A stretch of DNA of 64,000 nt, taken from the NCBI GenBank assembly GCA_013265495.1, contig MU057930.1:1442057-1506056 (forward strand), given 5' to 3'. The notes under the pieces are model-generated. The model did not search any database and was not told the origin of the DNA. It saw only the letters and a list, made by a program, of their open reading frames with translations. Shown piece by piece: positions 23,834 to 37,486 of the stretch. The position numbers were made by a program, and so were the translations under genes. Every line of letters starts with the position of its first letter. Position 1 is the first letter of the stretch. This stretch comes from Vicugna vicugna (Eukaryota).

Positions 23834-26066
23834 ATTATGATCCCATAAAATAAATCATAAGATAGGCTACGTTTTGGTGTGTTTCCTTAAAAAAAAGTTG
23901 TCAATTGCCATGTATTATTTATCATTTTTCCATGGTCACATAATGGCAACACATATTCAGTAAATGCTGAATCTGCTTCAACAATTTATGTCTTTATTTT
24001 CTGTGACTATAATGCTCTTCAAAATAAAAATGGAAAACAGAGCATGAAACATGGAGACAGCAATTAAAGTGTGCTGATGATTAATTACTTCCAAATAACT
24101 GCAAACAGTTCACTCTTGGGGGCATAAATCTATTTGCGACCGTACACAAAAAATCTGTCAAAACACATTTAACAAAAGCCAATGAAAAGACTATGTGCGA
24201 AATCCTTGCTGTGCAATCTGAAATAACATTCAACGTTTTCTTAACCCAGGTGGAAAAGTTTGGGATCGCCATAAAATCTGTCGAGATTTCTACCAACTTG
24301 GCTCCTAATTGCAAATTTGACTGAATATACACATCTAATACAATCTATGAAATATAGATAATATTTTTCCACTTAACATATATCTTTTTGGAATTTTATA
24401 TATATATATAGTTGAAACAGACTTCTAATAAGAAGAGTTAATATCCTTATATAATTTAAAACTCAACTATCAAAAGTCTTATATTCAGTAGTATATTAAA
24501 AACTTTGACCTTTCCCATTTTTTGTTTAATTAGGGATATAAAGTGACTTGTAAGTTATTTTATGTTGTTTACATTCTCCATAAACACTTACATGTTTTTC
24601 ATCTTTGGATCAATTTCAGATAAGGTTAATTATTTTAATATTCCATTTGTCCATGAAAATATACTGATACCTTAAATAAAGGCAGACTATTTTATAATTT
24701 GGCAATGTATAAACTTATACTGGTAAAGATTTATCTTATGAAAACATCATGCAGATATAAACTACATATTTATATTATTTTAATTTGCTAATTGCATACA
24801 TTTCTCCTCCCGTTTACAATGATATAAACGTATATTTAATTTTATGTCTAAGAACATTTTTCTTATGAGGTGAAATGATGGAAGTGTGATATTAATGGGC
24901 ATGGAAATAGAGACTGAGGGGAAAAAAGTAAATTGACTGTCAACTTCCACTTGAAAATATGTTTTCGAAAGCAGGTGGATACATTATGCAATGCCAAGGG
25001 CATCTTGTAAAAATGTAAGCTGCGTAATGCCCCTGCAATGGGATACCTGCCTGGAAATGTACGTTTGCTGCTCTGTGTTGATTCCACTAAGATAGTGATT
25101 AAAAGTAAGACGCCTAGGAGGGTCATGATTTTAAACGGCTTGATGTTTCTGAGGACACTTAATGTCTCTAAATATACTTGGCTTGTGAATCTCAAAGAGA
25201 TGGCACGACTGAGTTCTAGGAGCATGCTGTACCACAATATTCTTTGCTCTTAAATATTTTTTTGTTAACCTCATGATTATAGTGAAATGTTGTACTGCGG
25301 ACATCAGTGTATTTCCCAATGAAATGCAAACATTAACATCACCTCTGTGTTACTACGTTATGAAGAGATTACAGGGTGGGGGGAAAAGGCTGAACAAACA
25401 ACATTAAAATTTTCTGCTGTTTGACAGGCTACCATCAAGTCCTCTGTGACAGCTAAGGATGCCCGCACAATTTTATCTGTGCCAAAGACCCTCCTTCCAA
25501 TTTTCTGTGATTCTTATGTGCATGAAATCTTTCCATGAATACTTGAAGAATGTGTGTAGCAATTCTGATCACATTTTAGCCCACAGTCAAGCTGATTAAA
25601 AGCCGTTTTATTTTAACCAATTATACTATTCTACATTGCCCTTCTCTCCAGCTAGTCTATAATTGTTGCTCTTTTATGCAAAGATGTGTTTAGGTCATAG
25701 AGTAACTTTCTGAAAGGTCTAAGGCTGATGATACATTTAAGCAATTTTATCTCTGTAGTTTTCATTAACTTCCCACATCTTCACTAAAGAAAAAAAGGAG
25801 CAAGAAATGGTTTTGAAGATTTTTTTTTCTCCATTGGGTTACTGAAATATTTTCAATCACAATGAAATATGTCTTCTGTATGCATGTGTCTAATTTTTTG
25901 GGCAAGAAATGGATCTTTTGAAGGCTAAAAACGCTAGGTTGACAAGGTTATCCTAAGTTTGGTGAAAATATTGAAAACATAGCACAAATGGGTGCATTAG
26001 AAGAAGGAAGATGCCCAAATGTATTGAATATACAGATAAGCAGATGTTGAAAAGAGTTGAATCAAA

Positions 26067-26390
26067 AAAAAAAAAAAAGAAAGACTCACAGACATAATAA
26101 ACATACTACTTAGTTACTAGGGTGGCTGGGAAGGGATAAATTAGGACCTCGAGATTTGCAGATACACACTACTATATATAAGACAGATAAACAACAAGGT
26201 CCTACTGTACAGCACAGGGAACTATATTCAATATCTTGTAATAACCTACAATGAAAAAATATGAAAACAAATATATGTTTATGTGTCACTGAAACATTAT
26301 GCTGTACACCTAAAATTGACACATTATAAACAAGACTATACTTCAATTGAAAAAAATTTAAAAATAAAATAGAATAAAACTAAGGAAAAA
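26067..26390 (+). mobile_element. Young L1 3' tail with TSD agttgaatcaaa
   Basis: L1 3'UTR motifs; direct repeat at 26055-26066 and 26391-26402. Confidence 0.92.
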
Positions 26391-26619
26391 AGTTGAATCA
26401 AATCTATGATCATCACTGATTACAATTTAAACGGAAATGTGGTGGATAGCTGATGCCGAAAATTAGTGCCTGCATGAGAAAGGGAAGATGAACAGAGATT
26501 CTACTGATATTTGGTTCAAGGTAGAGGTGGCTAATCCTATCCTGGTCTTCAAAATTGTTAGTTGAGAACAAATTGGAACAGCAGAGGATCTAAGAATAAG
26601 AGACAGTGAAGAATTCAGT

Positions 26620-27470
26620 TTGACCAACCCTTCCTCAAGAAAATTGATAATCAAGAAAATTCTGCCAAACGAGTTGGCTGTTTTTCCTTGAACACCTGCT
26701 GGGAGGGAAGTCTTACAACTTCCAGGGGCAACCTCTCCATCACTGGATAAGTCCCACTTGCTCTGTGAAATAACCTTTTTCCTCTCACTTCCTCTTGCAG
26801 GAGTTAAAATTGTGAGGGAAACAATCATTTATTCCTTAAACGTGACCCCAGTAGTGGATAACAGAACCCCAGACCGAATATCTCCACCTCCTTAGAATAT
26901 TTCACACTTGAAGTGACTCCGTTTCCTTGCTTTTTCACTCATTCAATGTTCTCTGAATACCTGACCCCAGCCCTTCTTCAAAGATGGAACTGAGAACTAA
27001 AGGCAGTAACCCAGGTGTCTTTTGACCAATGCAAAGGGAAACACGTTTACTCTGAGAACATTTCTGCAAGGATGTTTTGGCATCTTTCACTCACCAACCC
27101 TGTGCAAATACAGTCCGTCAAAGCCTTTCTGCATAACATCACCAAGCCAATAATAAATTAAGCTTCCTCCTCCAGTTCTGCTAAAGACGTTTGAATCTAA
27201 GTGCAGAATCTCAGTATGTAATTTATCTACGTAGCTTGAGAGCTTCTTGATTCTGGCAAACCGTATAATGGCCAATTCCTTCAAATTTCGTGTCATTTTT
27301 CAGCGTTCATTATATGTGTTAAACAGTCTTCATCTGGGTCAGTAATAAACTTGTTGAAGAGGACATAGGGAAGGGCTTTACTCATCAAGCTTCTTTCTCC
27401 CCAAAAGAGTCATCTTCGATGACGTGGTTCCATTAATCACATTATTGTACGCCAATGCTCAATCCATTGC
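26620..27470 (-). mobile_element. CR1/L3 LINE fossil (RT and C-terminal region)
   Basis: Minus-strand decayed translation in CR1 order: WIEHW..VINGTTS..LFNKFITDPDE..NDTKFEGIG..FALVKRHLGYCL*FSVPSLKK (cf. CR1 LFNIFINDLDE, DDTKLGG, SALVRPHLEYCVQFWAP), plus a CR1-like 3' 'ggttgccc...ggtgttcaagg'. Confidence 0.85.
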
Positions 27471-30400
27471 AATTTCGTATCACTGTGCCTTTGGCTGTTA
27501 CAGTAATTCACTACACTCATTTACAGTATACCATGATAACTACTGATGTTATATTCTGGCTCTTGTTTAAGGATTTCTCTTCCCTTACTGACCTATTAAA
27601 TATTTTTTTATCCCCCAAGGTTCCATGCTCACTCCACCGGATGAGCTGTTCCAGTTTCGTGGACTGAATACTCAACTTTCTAGAATGTATCTCTCCCCAA
27701 TATCCCATAGACAATTTCTGAATACAGTTTTCTCCAGAGAGACCCCTGTTCCTCTCTGTGCTGTTTCCATTAATGGAAATGTTAACTGAGAAATGATACG
27801 TAGACACTTGGAATTTACGCTCATTTTTAGCTTTCTGCAAGATGATATAAGGTGGTGGTCATTTTCATAGAATTCTAACACTGTTTTTCAGGGTATAGAA
27901 GTCACCACATAATGAATGGCATAGCAATACCACGGGGATTTAGAGGAATTTAAGGAACAGGTGCCTATGAGTGTGAGAAAAAGATGTATTAATTTTCAAT
28001 AGCGATAAAAGTTGGCTTCTTTATGTCTTGAATCGACAAATGCAGTGAGACATTTTTAGAGTTTTAAGTTTATTTAACAGTAAGTCAGAGAAGATCTATA
28101 TAAAAGGCATAAAGACATCCATGTGTTTTATTTAGGAATGTAAATAGACACCCCATAATCGTTAAATAACCTGAATCTCAATGGGCACGAGTGATGTAAA
28201 CTATAGTTGTATTCCAAAGTCCTTAAATTACGGAAAGTTTTACAAAGAGTGGTTATAAAAGCACCTATTGTTCATCTTTCTTTGCAACAACTTTTCTTTT
28301 ATATTAGTATTAGAAAAGAAAATATTCCGGCCGTGGAGGGCCTGCAATGGCCTGTCATTCACAGCGTATCAAATCAATCACAGAACCGTGCTGTGCACAT
28401 GAAACCATTTCTAGACCCTGGTCCTAAAGTGACAAAATCTTTGGATGAAAATTCACAGCTGGGGTAACTGCCGCCTCCCTCATAAATTACAGCCACTGAA
28501 TGCCACAGTCATGACTGAATCCCCACAACCAGTGTTGACTGGATGTCACAGCCCAGGTGGGAAGGTGCCGTTTTACTGTGTTAGAGAAACCATCACAAAA
28601 AAATTGAGAAAAATTTACAGCTTCCTAAACAGACATTTTCCTCTTCCTCCTCAAAACGTATAATGCTTCCTAACGTGTAATTTCTCATGTTAAAACATAT
28701 GGCACTTCTATGGTTCAAGAAAAAACTAAGAGAGTGTTGGATGCGTCTCTCCCATGAGGACGTGGACTTTGAATTTAAGTCTGCACACAATTTAGTAAAA
28801 GTGCATTTTTAGCAGGTTTTGTTGAACAAGTATGGCACAATGGAAGCATTGTTTATTGTAGATTCAGAGAGGAAATTTAAGTTCATGAAATACAATGGAA
28901 TCTGATGACCATCAGTCAAAGTCACTGTGTTTCTGGAGGTAGAGCAGGAGGACTTGGGGCTCACCTTTTCCCACAAACACATCAAAAATACATCCAAATG
29001 TGGAACAGTTCTCACAGAAAACCAACTGGAAATTGGCAGCTCTCTTACACAACCAAAGCTGCAAGATCTCCATGTAACTGAGCAGGACAAAAAGAAAAAA
29101 GCCATGAGCACAGGAGTGGAGCCGTGGGAGGGATCTATGAAGGAAGGAGGGTCCACACCGGCAGGCTCTTGCCCTGCAAAGCTCTGCCCTGCAGGCTGGG
29201 AGCAGCCCTGGGTTGGACCGAGGGGCTGAGCAGCCTGGACTCGAGTGCATGCATGCCGGCTGGCTAGCAATCGGGTTGAAGGAGACCAGCCCCCAAACGC
29301 CTGAAATGGGGCTGCTCTTACAGGCAACGGCGAGGTGCTGAAACTCAGGCCCTGGGGGAGGACCCCGTCTAGCTGTGCAGAGACTGCCCGGAGGGCCTAG
29401 GGTGCGGTCTGGCCAACCCTGGAGCCCACTGTCCGGGCTTGCGCAGCGGGTGGACACCGTGAGCCTGTGCCTGGCAGGGCGGGGGCGGACCTCGGGACCC
29501 ATTAACGGCACCTGCACAGTGCGGGCCGGCCCAGAGGTGGGTCCCGCAACAGCGGACTTTGCCGGTGCACACCACAGACAGTGGGGAGCACCACAGAACC
29601 CCCTGACTCCAGCAGACAGCCCCGGGGAGGAGTATACAGTGGTTCTTTGCGTTTTTTCCCTGGTAGGAGCACTCCAGTTCTACCCAGCCTGGAGCTGGAT
29701 CTGGGGAGGGCAGGTCCTGGGAGACCCCTACCACATGCAGCCCAGGTCCTAGGCAGCAGCACAGTGGCCCGGCCCCCACCACTAGGTCTGGGGCAAACAC
29801 TAGGGAGAAATGGACATGACCTTGGGGGGACCACATGGGCCTCTCTTCTCCACTGCTCACCTCCTTGGGGACAGACACACACTTAAGGGCAGCTGCAGCC
29901 CCTCATCAAAGCCGACCCTCAGGGCTTCTACTCCAACAATGGGGGAGCAGACCTGGCCCCTTGCAGGGCTGTGACAGCCACGGAGCAAAGAGGAGGCCCC
30001 ACCCAACACCCAGTGCAGGCTCTGGTCACCACAACACCCATCGCATCCCTTATCAATGGAATAATGGCCGGGAAAATGTGAGGAGAGATGTGGCAGCCAT
30101 CCTTAACAAAAACAGCCCTTGCACCAAAAATACTGGACACACATGGTCTACATGGTGTGCTCCCACATTAAAAGCAGCCCTTCAAGACCCCAGTAGGTAA
30201 CTACTACTCCTAAATTTATAGAGACAGAAAGTAAGATGAAGAATTGCCCACAAGATCGCCCACTGTGAAACAGCTGCCTCTAAGGAAACACATGTCACCT
30301 AGATTTGACTGACATGTCAATCAATATGTTAAAAGAGCAAGATAAATCCTCTGAAAGTATAAATAATGAGGCTGACATCACCAGTCTACTAGACCCCGAG

Positions 30401-32633
30401 TTCAAAAAGGAGGTTGTAAAAATTCTAAAGGAATTAAGATTACGGATAGAAATCCAGATAATGTAAAAAGGCACTAGAAACCATAAGGAGGAACCAATCA
30501 AAATTATACAACTCAACTGCTGAGATAAAAACCAATCTAGAAGCAATGAATAGCAGACCATAACACAGAAGAACAAATAAGTGATCTGGAAGATAGGATA
30601 GTGGAAATCACCCAATCGCAACAGCAGACAGGAAGACAAATGAAAAAAAGAAAGCAAAAAAAAAATGAAAGGAACATATGAGATCTATGGGACAATGTAA
30701 AGTGTGCCAATGCATAATAGGGATCCCAGAAGGAATACAGAATAAAATGGATTGAAAAGCTACTTTGTCTGCTATGAGTGTTGCTAAGGAATCTAAAGAC
30801 AGCAAGAGAAAAACAAAGTGTCAGATATAAGGGAACCCCCATAGTGCTATCAGTTCATTTCTTGGCACAAATGTTGAATGCCAGAGGGACTAGCAAGATA
30901 TATTAAAAGTGTTGAAAGGAAAAACCTAGAACCTAAGGTACTCTACCCAGAAAGATTACTATCTTAAGATAGTAAAGATAATAAAACAGAGGAGAGAGAA
31001 AGAAACTCTCAAGCAGCAAAAACCAAAAGAATACAGCAATAGTAAACCTATTCTAAAATAAATATTGAAAGGTCTTGTCTAAATAGAAAAGAAGCAAGAA
31101 TCTGTAGGAAAGGGGAAAACAAAATAGGAAAGGCAAATACACAAAAAAGACTGAAGATCACTTCAACAACCAGCACGTAGATTAAAAAAAATAGATTAAA
31201 AAATTGAAAAATTTATAACACCAATTATAATTACAATTAACAGCAAAAGGACAAACATGAAGATGTCCTATTTTAGATCAAAAATCACAAAATGTGGGAG
31301 AGAGGAGTAAAAATAAAATTCAGATCTCTTAGAATGTGTTTGAACTTACATGACAATCGGACCAAAGCAAGCAGATGTTGTTTTGGGTTAATGAAAACCA
31401 AGGTAACCACAGGTCAAAAATATAGAACAGATTCACAAAAACCAAAAAGAAAGGAACTCAAGCATAATACAAATGAAAATCATGAAACCACAACAGGAAA
31501 AACGAAAAAGAAATGAACAAAACTATAAAGTCAGCTGGAAAAAAATGGTTTTCAATGGTTTAAAATAACAATAAATACATATATATGTCAATAGGCTGAA
31601 TGCCCTGACCGAAATACTTAAAAGTGGCAAATTGGGCTGAAAAAAAAAAAAAAGAGAGAGAACTTACAATATGCTGCCTAGAAGAGTCTCCCTTTAGGGC
31701 AAAAGACATACACAGACTGAAAGTGAGGGGATGGAAAAGGTATTTCACTCAAATGGAAACAAGAATGCAGGAATGGTAACACTCATGAAGACAGAGTAGC
31801 TTTTAAAACAAAGTCCATAAAGAAAGATAAAGAACATTATATAACGATGAAGCCATCAACACAAAAAGAGGGTATTACACTTGTTAACATATATGCACCC
31901 AGTATATGAGCACCTAAATATAGGAAACAAATACTAACAGACACAAGGCGAGAAATGGACAGGAATGCAATTACAGTCGGTGACTTTAACACCCCACTGA
32001 CCTCAAGGGACAGATCTTCCAAACAGAAAAACAAAAAACCAAAAACCCAACAACAACCCAAAACAATAAGGGAACACAGATCCTTAGTGACACAATAGAT
32101 CAGTTGGACTCAATGGATATCTATAGGACATTACATCCAAAAAAAAAAAAAACCCCATAAAACAACAGAATACACATTCTTTTCAAGCCCATGAAAAATT
32201 CTCTAAGATAGATCACATACTAGGAGAAAAACAAGCCTCACATTTCAAGGATAGAAATTATTTCAAGGATCTTTTCTGACCACGACAATATAAAACTAGA
32301 ACTCAACCACAGAAAGAAAAAAAGGGGGGAAAACAAGAATCACGTGGAGATTAAACATCAAACTACTGGGGAAAAAAAAATCAATGGGCCAATGATGAAG
32401 TCAAAGAGGAAATCAGATAGTACCTCAAGACAAACAGTGAAAACACAACTTTAAAAAATCTATGGGATGCAGCTGTAAGAGAAAAGTTCACAGCAACAAA
32501 ATAATCTCAAATAAACACCCTAACCTATCCCCTAAAAGAATTAGAAAAAGAAAAGATAGAACCCAACATCAGCAGAAGGAAGGAGACAAATATCAGAGAG
32601 CAAAAAATAACAGATTAAAAAAATAGAACATAT

Positions 32634-32688
32634 TGACACAACACTGTAAAATGATTATAAATCAATAAAAAGTGTTAAAAAAAAAAAG
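32634..32688 (+). mobile_element. ~55-bp young L1 tail inserted in the older L1, TSD agaacatat
   Basis: 'tgacacaacactgtaaaatgattataaatcaataaaaa' plus A-run, flanked by agaacatat on both sides. Confidence 0.8.
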
Positions 32689-33159
32689 AACATATCAATA
32701 AAACTGAGAGCTAGTTTTTTGTAACAATAAACACAATCAACAAACCTGTGGCCAGGCTCACCAAGAAGAAAAGAGGACCAAAATAAAATGACTGAAAGTG
32801 GAGAAACAACACCAATACTGCAGAAATATTAATAATTATAATACTGTGAACAGTTTTAAGCCAACAAATTGCACAACCTGGAAGCAGTGGACAAGTTTCT
32901 AGAAACATACAGCCTGCCAAGACTGAGTCAAGAGGAAACAGATAATTTGAACAGACCGGTCACTAGAAGTGAAATAGAATCTGTAAATTAAAAAAAATAA
33001 ACAAAAAACTCCCTGCAGATAAAAGTGCAGGATTGGATAGCCTCACTGGGGAATTCTACCAAACATAAAAAGAAGAATTATACTGATCTTTCTCAAACTT
33101 GTCCAAAAAATTGAAGAGGAGGGAACACTGCCAAACTCATCCTAAGATACTGAAACCAG

Positions 33160-33209
33160 ACAAAGACAAGAAAGACAAGACAGAAAGAAAGACAGAAAGA
33201 CAGAAAGAC

Positions 33210-33256
<47 letters not shown>

Positions 33257-33258
33257 AA
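33160..33258 (+). repeat. (GACA/GAAA)n microsatellite
   Basis: Directly visible. Confidence 0.95.
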
Positions 33259-34279
33259 ATTACAGCCCAATTATTGCTGATCCTTAATAAAATATTAGCC
33301 AATCAAATCCAACAATACAGAAAAAGATCATATACCATGATCAAGTTGGATTAACTCCAGAGTCATAAGGATGGTTCCACAAAAAGTCAAGTGATACACC
33401 ACATTAACAAAAGAGAAGACAAAAATCACGTGATCATCTCAAGAGATGCAGGAAAAGCGTTTGGTAAAATTTAACATCTACTCATGCTAAAAACTCTCAC
33501 CAAAGAGGGTATGGAGGAAACATAATAAAAACCATTTATGACCAACCCACGGCCAACTTATTACTCAACAGTGGTATAGCAATTTATCAGCCTGGAGGGC
33601 AGGCTTCTATTCGGCATGGCCAAAGTAAATTAGTATCTCTTAGTTATTAACACCTTCCATTAACAATTGAAACAGTTCTATCAACATGGAATATAAAACT
33701 TTGAGATGTTAGGCTAGCAGTTTAATTTCATCCAAATATCATCATCATGTGCAAATGAAATAGATGCTCAGGACAGAAAGCATGAATGAACTTCTAAGGG
33801 CTTAAAACATTAAGAATCAAGTCAACCCTTACACCGAAGGTTTCTCTGTTCTGTATCTTCCAAAGTGTGCAGTGCATTTCAACATTACGCACATGACTTA
33901 GGGAAGAGAATTTTATACACAGCAGGCGTTACTAAATTACTTGCAGCTCTTGAAGTCAGTGAACAATATTGTAGGACTGTCGGGAGAATAATGTAATAGC
34001 ATGTAAAATCCAAGATTAGAACCACAAAACCCCAGATAAAAACACTGCAATTGTCAACCTTGCAAAATACCACTGTGAGCTTGCAAAACAAAAAAAAAAA
34101 AAAAAAAAAAACAAGTCAAGGTTTGCACAGTGGAGATCATAGGAGAATTCTGCCTTATACCAATCCAACTAAAATCCCAGTACTCTAAAGATAAAATAAC
34201 TTGAAAAGTAGAACTTCCTGGACATGTGTGAAGAGATTACATTTATGTTGCTTATAACATTGGCATTTATAAATATATT

Positions 34280-34424
34280 AGTTTATAACTAAGCTAAACA
34301 TTTGAGTTTATAACTAAACTAAATATTTTAGTTTATAACTAAGCTAAACATTTGAGTTTATAACTAAACTAAATATTTGAGTTTATAACTAAGCCAAACA
34401 TTTGAGTTTATAACTAAACTAACA
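34280..34424. repeat. 25-bp minisatellite, ~5.8 copies, alternating A/B variants
   Basis: Units agtttataactaagctaaacatttg / agtttataactaaactaaatatttk start at 34280, 34305, 34330, 34355, 34380 and 34405. Confidence 0.97.
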
Positions 34425-35899
34425 TGTCGCTATGTTTAAAGTCAGAGATACATTAGCTATATTCAACCTCCATCAAATTGCATGAAGTCATTTTTTTTTT
34501 CTGTTAGCACTCACCTGCAAAAAGCCAACTGCAGTGTTTCTGGATGACCACAAAGGTGAATCATGAAACCAAGTATCAATATAGCTGTATATATACTATG
34601 TTACATTTATTGTATATATGATATATGATCCATATGTAACATAAAACTTATATACTGTACTATCCCATGTGATACAAGTTCTTAGGTAATCTCAAACCAC
34701 AATTTAATTTTAGGTAAAAGCAGAGTTATAGAATCAATTTTGGTATTTTCATAGTATTGTAATTACTGGGAAAAGAGGAGTTTTACACAGAGATACAGGG
34801 CTTATTTGGATGATCTGGTGAAAAAAGTCTTGTGCCCTACGTTGCTGCATTCTTCAAGCCTTTTAAGAAGTAAATGCTTAAAACCTTCCCCATAGCCCTC
34901 TTGGAAAGGTTACCCTACCCGTTCAATTTTCCTAAAAGAATTGTAAATCTTCTTTTATGTGAGTAACCTTGGGAAATGAGGCACGCGGAGATTAAGAGAG
35001 ATACTTGTGTGCAGAGGCATGTGCAGACTGCGACCGGAATACCATTAGAATAAATTGTGAGGCCTGCCCGCGCTGGATGCTTTGTGATGCGCACACGCCC
35101 CTCCATACCGATGACTTCACAGCAAACTATGAATTGAAGTTGCAGTGGCACCTGGAGGAATCCCCCGTTGTAAGAGAAAGGTCGCATCGAGGGACACCTA
35201 CACGATAAAGTAAGGAAGAGAATTTTACGGGAGAGTTGAGAGTGAAAAACCCTTTATTGGTTTTCAGTGGCCCAGGTCAAGGGACCAAACCTTCTCCCAG
35301 GCAACCACAGACAAGAAAGGTACGAAGGTGTGCTTCTAGGCGAATGCCCTGCCATCCTCACATTTGGAAATAACACACCCTGGAGGTTAGGAAGACAAGC
35401 TCCATGAGTGAATAATGGCTCTACTCCGTTAGAAATTTATCATTTTTTAAAGAACAGAATATTCAGCCCCACAAACATACACCACGTGTGAGGCACTGTG
35501 TTGGATGCTGAAGTGTAAAAGTATACATGGAATGAGGCGCAGACTGAAGGGAGAAATGAGTTCCCTCTAAACCTTCCTCTATTTACGGGTTTCCAGGATT
35601 CTAAATCGTGATCAAATGCAATGGTAATGACCGGTCCCTTGTAATCCTTGCAATTAACCCCTTGAGGCAAAGGAAGAGAATGGAAGGCATTAAAAAGGGG
35701 AAGAGTGTCCTGCCTTCCCCTGTGATGAAGACAGAGTGTCCCACTGATGCAAAGAAGCAGAAAAAGCCAACCACACACACACACACACACACATCATTTT
35801 CTTGAGTCCACCAGAGAGCTGTAGACAAACCTGTATGATAGCAGACGGGGAATTTTCCCAATAAATGGAAGTCTCTAGACATAAGCATTAAATTTTTAT

Positions 35900-36160
35900 C
35901 ATGCCTAAGAAATTACCTGTATCAGCTTAAAATGATACACGGTTGTTATCTTCCAGCCTCTGTGGTACAGGAGTCTGAGCACATCACACCTGTGTCATGG
36001 GCAACACTGCGATCTGCAGGTTGGTCCCGGCTGCATTTTCTTTTGAAGAACCCACTTCTCTAATACACTCACTCAGGTTGTTGGAAGAACTCATTTCCTT
36101 ATAGGTCCAGAACTTGGGAACTTATGCCAGCTTATTTGTTCAAAGCTAGCCACGGACAAA
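35900..36160 (-). mobile_element. MLT1 (MaLR) LTR fragment
   Basis: 'ttatcttccagcctctgtggtacaggagtctgagcac' and 'cactcactcaggttgttggaagaactcatttcctt' resemble antisense MLT1. Confidence 0.65.
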
Positions 36161-37039
36161 GAGAGAAGGAGAAAGAGAGAGACGGGGACGGGGGGAGAGA
36201 GGGAGAGAGAGGTGGGGGAGAGAGAAGCTAAGAAAATTCTTGATAAGAATGAGACTTTTACAATATAATCAATGGAACATGGAAAATGTAAGAGTTTGTG
36301 ACTCTATTTCTTAGAAGAAAGCTCCACGTTCAGGCAGATAAAAAAAGATAAATGTAATGAACAGAGGGGTGAATTGATTCCAATCAGTTGAATAAAATCT
36401 TAATAAATGTAAATGATCCAGTTGTTCCAACTGAAAAGCAGAAATCATCAGATTGGATTTAAAAATTGACATGTACCGTCTACAAAGAACGTACATTAAA
36501 GACACATAATGGTTCATGGTAGGAAAAAAAATATGAGAAAATATTGTATCATGCAAATGCCGAAGGAAAGCTGAATCAGCTATTTGGAAATCAGAAAATG
36601 TGCACTTCAGAGCCAGGAATAATGCCAGGGATAAAGAAGGCTATCACGGGACGATAAAAGGATCAACTCACCACAAACATAAAAATCCTCAATTTTTTAT
36701 GCATCAAACGACTGGGCTTCTAAGGCATACAGCAAAATCAGACAGATTGGAAGAAGAAATAAAGAAATCCAAAATTATAATAGGAGTTTTGAAAATACGG
36801 CAGTCTTAGAATTTTACGGAAAAATAAAGCAGACAAAATCTCAGTGTTTCTCCGACAGACCTGAACAAGACTATGAACCAGTATGAGCTAATTATCCCGT
36901 ACAGACACAACATTCAACACAAGAACACGCACTGTTTGGTAGTACAAATACTCACAGATATAGTGGATGTGCTAGACCATACAATGGACATCAGTAGATT
37001 TAAAAGATGTACAGTCATGCACGTATGTTTTCTGATGCA

Positions 37040-37486
37040 GGAGTGGGAAATGTTTCCCTTTTTCCTGCTAGGTGTGTTGGCAGGGCTAAGAATTAAATGA
37101 GCATAAGATAGGTTAACAGGAGAAAAACAAATATAATTATGTATGTACAAGTCGGTTGATTAAGGCTTATATGTTCTCCTGAGCTAAGAAATGGGATAGG
37201 GGTCTGGGGGCTTCAAAGGATGGGGAGGGTAACCCACAAGACGGTAAGAACAACAGATGTTTGGTAATTAGAAGTTTGACCTGCCATGCAGGTAGCTCTT
37301 TCAGATAAACATTTCTCTCTGGCAGGAGCCCTTTTTTCTGGTGTAGGTCCCCTGTCTAAATTCTTTTAGGCAGTTAAGGGAGAGAGACGTTTTCCCTAAG
37401 CCTCTGGGTCTTGACTGCCTTCAGCTCAAAATAATCCACATGCCAACGCGGCGGCGTATTTAGAGAGGCACATTCTGCTCCTTTAC
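37040..37486 (-). mobile_element. ERV1-class solo LTR (MER34/MER39-like)
   Basis: 'ccttcagctcaaaataatccacatgccaa...cacattctgctccttta' is the antisense 5' end of MER34-like LTRs; 'ttaacaggagaaaaacaaa' near the other end. Confidence 0.7.

Larger units (their letters stand above)
28930..33574 (+). mobile_element. L1 retaining 5'UTR, decayed ORF1 and 5' part of ORF2 (EN to mid-RT); 3' end missing
   Basis: L1 5' start 'ctcaccttttcccacaaacacatcaaaaatacatcc'; GC/CpG-rich UTR ~29100-30050; ORF1 motifs ('cagcaagagaaaaac'); ORF2 motifs ('aacatatatgcacccag', 'gactttaacacccca', 'catgatcaagttgga'); stops abruptly after ~PTANLLLNS. All frames are disrupted. Confidence 0.92.

Noticed and set aside
27087..27296. 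Protein-looking 69-aa ORF
   Set aside because: Lies within the CR1/L3 fossil, in a shifted frame.
28809..30200. Cluster of long overlapping ORFs and CpG-island-like composition
   Set aside because: GC-rich L1 5'UTR, not a host gene or host promoter.
34280..34424. Regularly spaced repeats as a CRISPR array
   Set aside because: No unique spacers, mammalian context, no cas genes.
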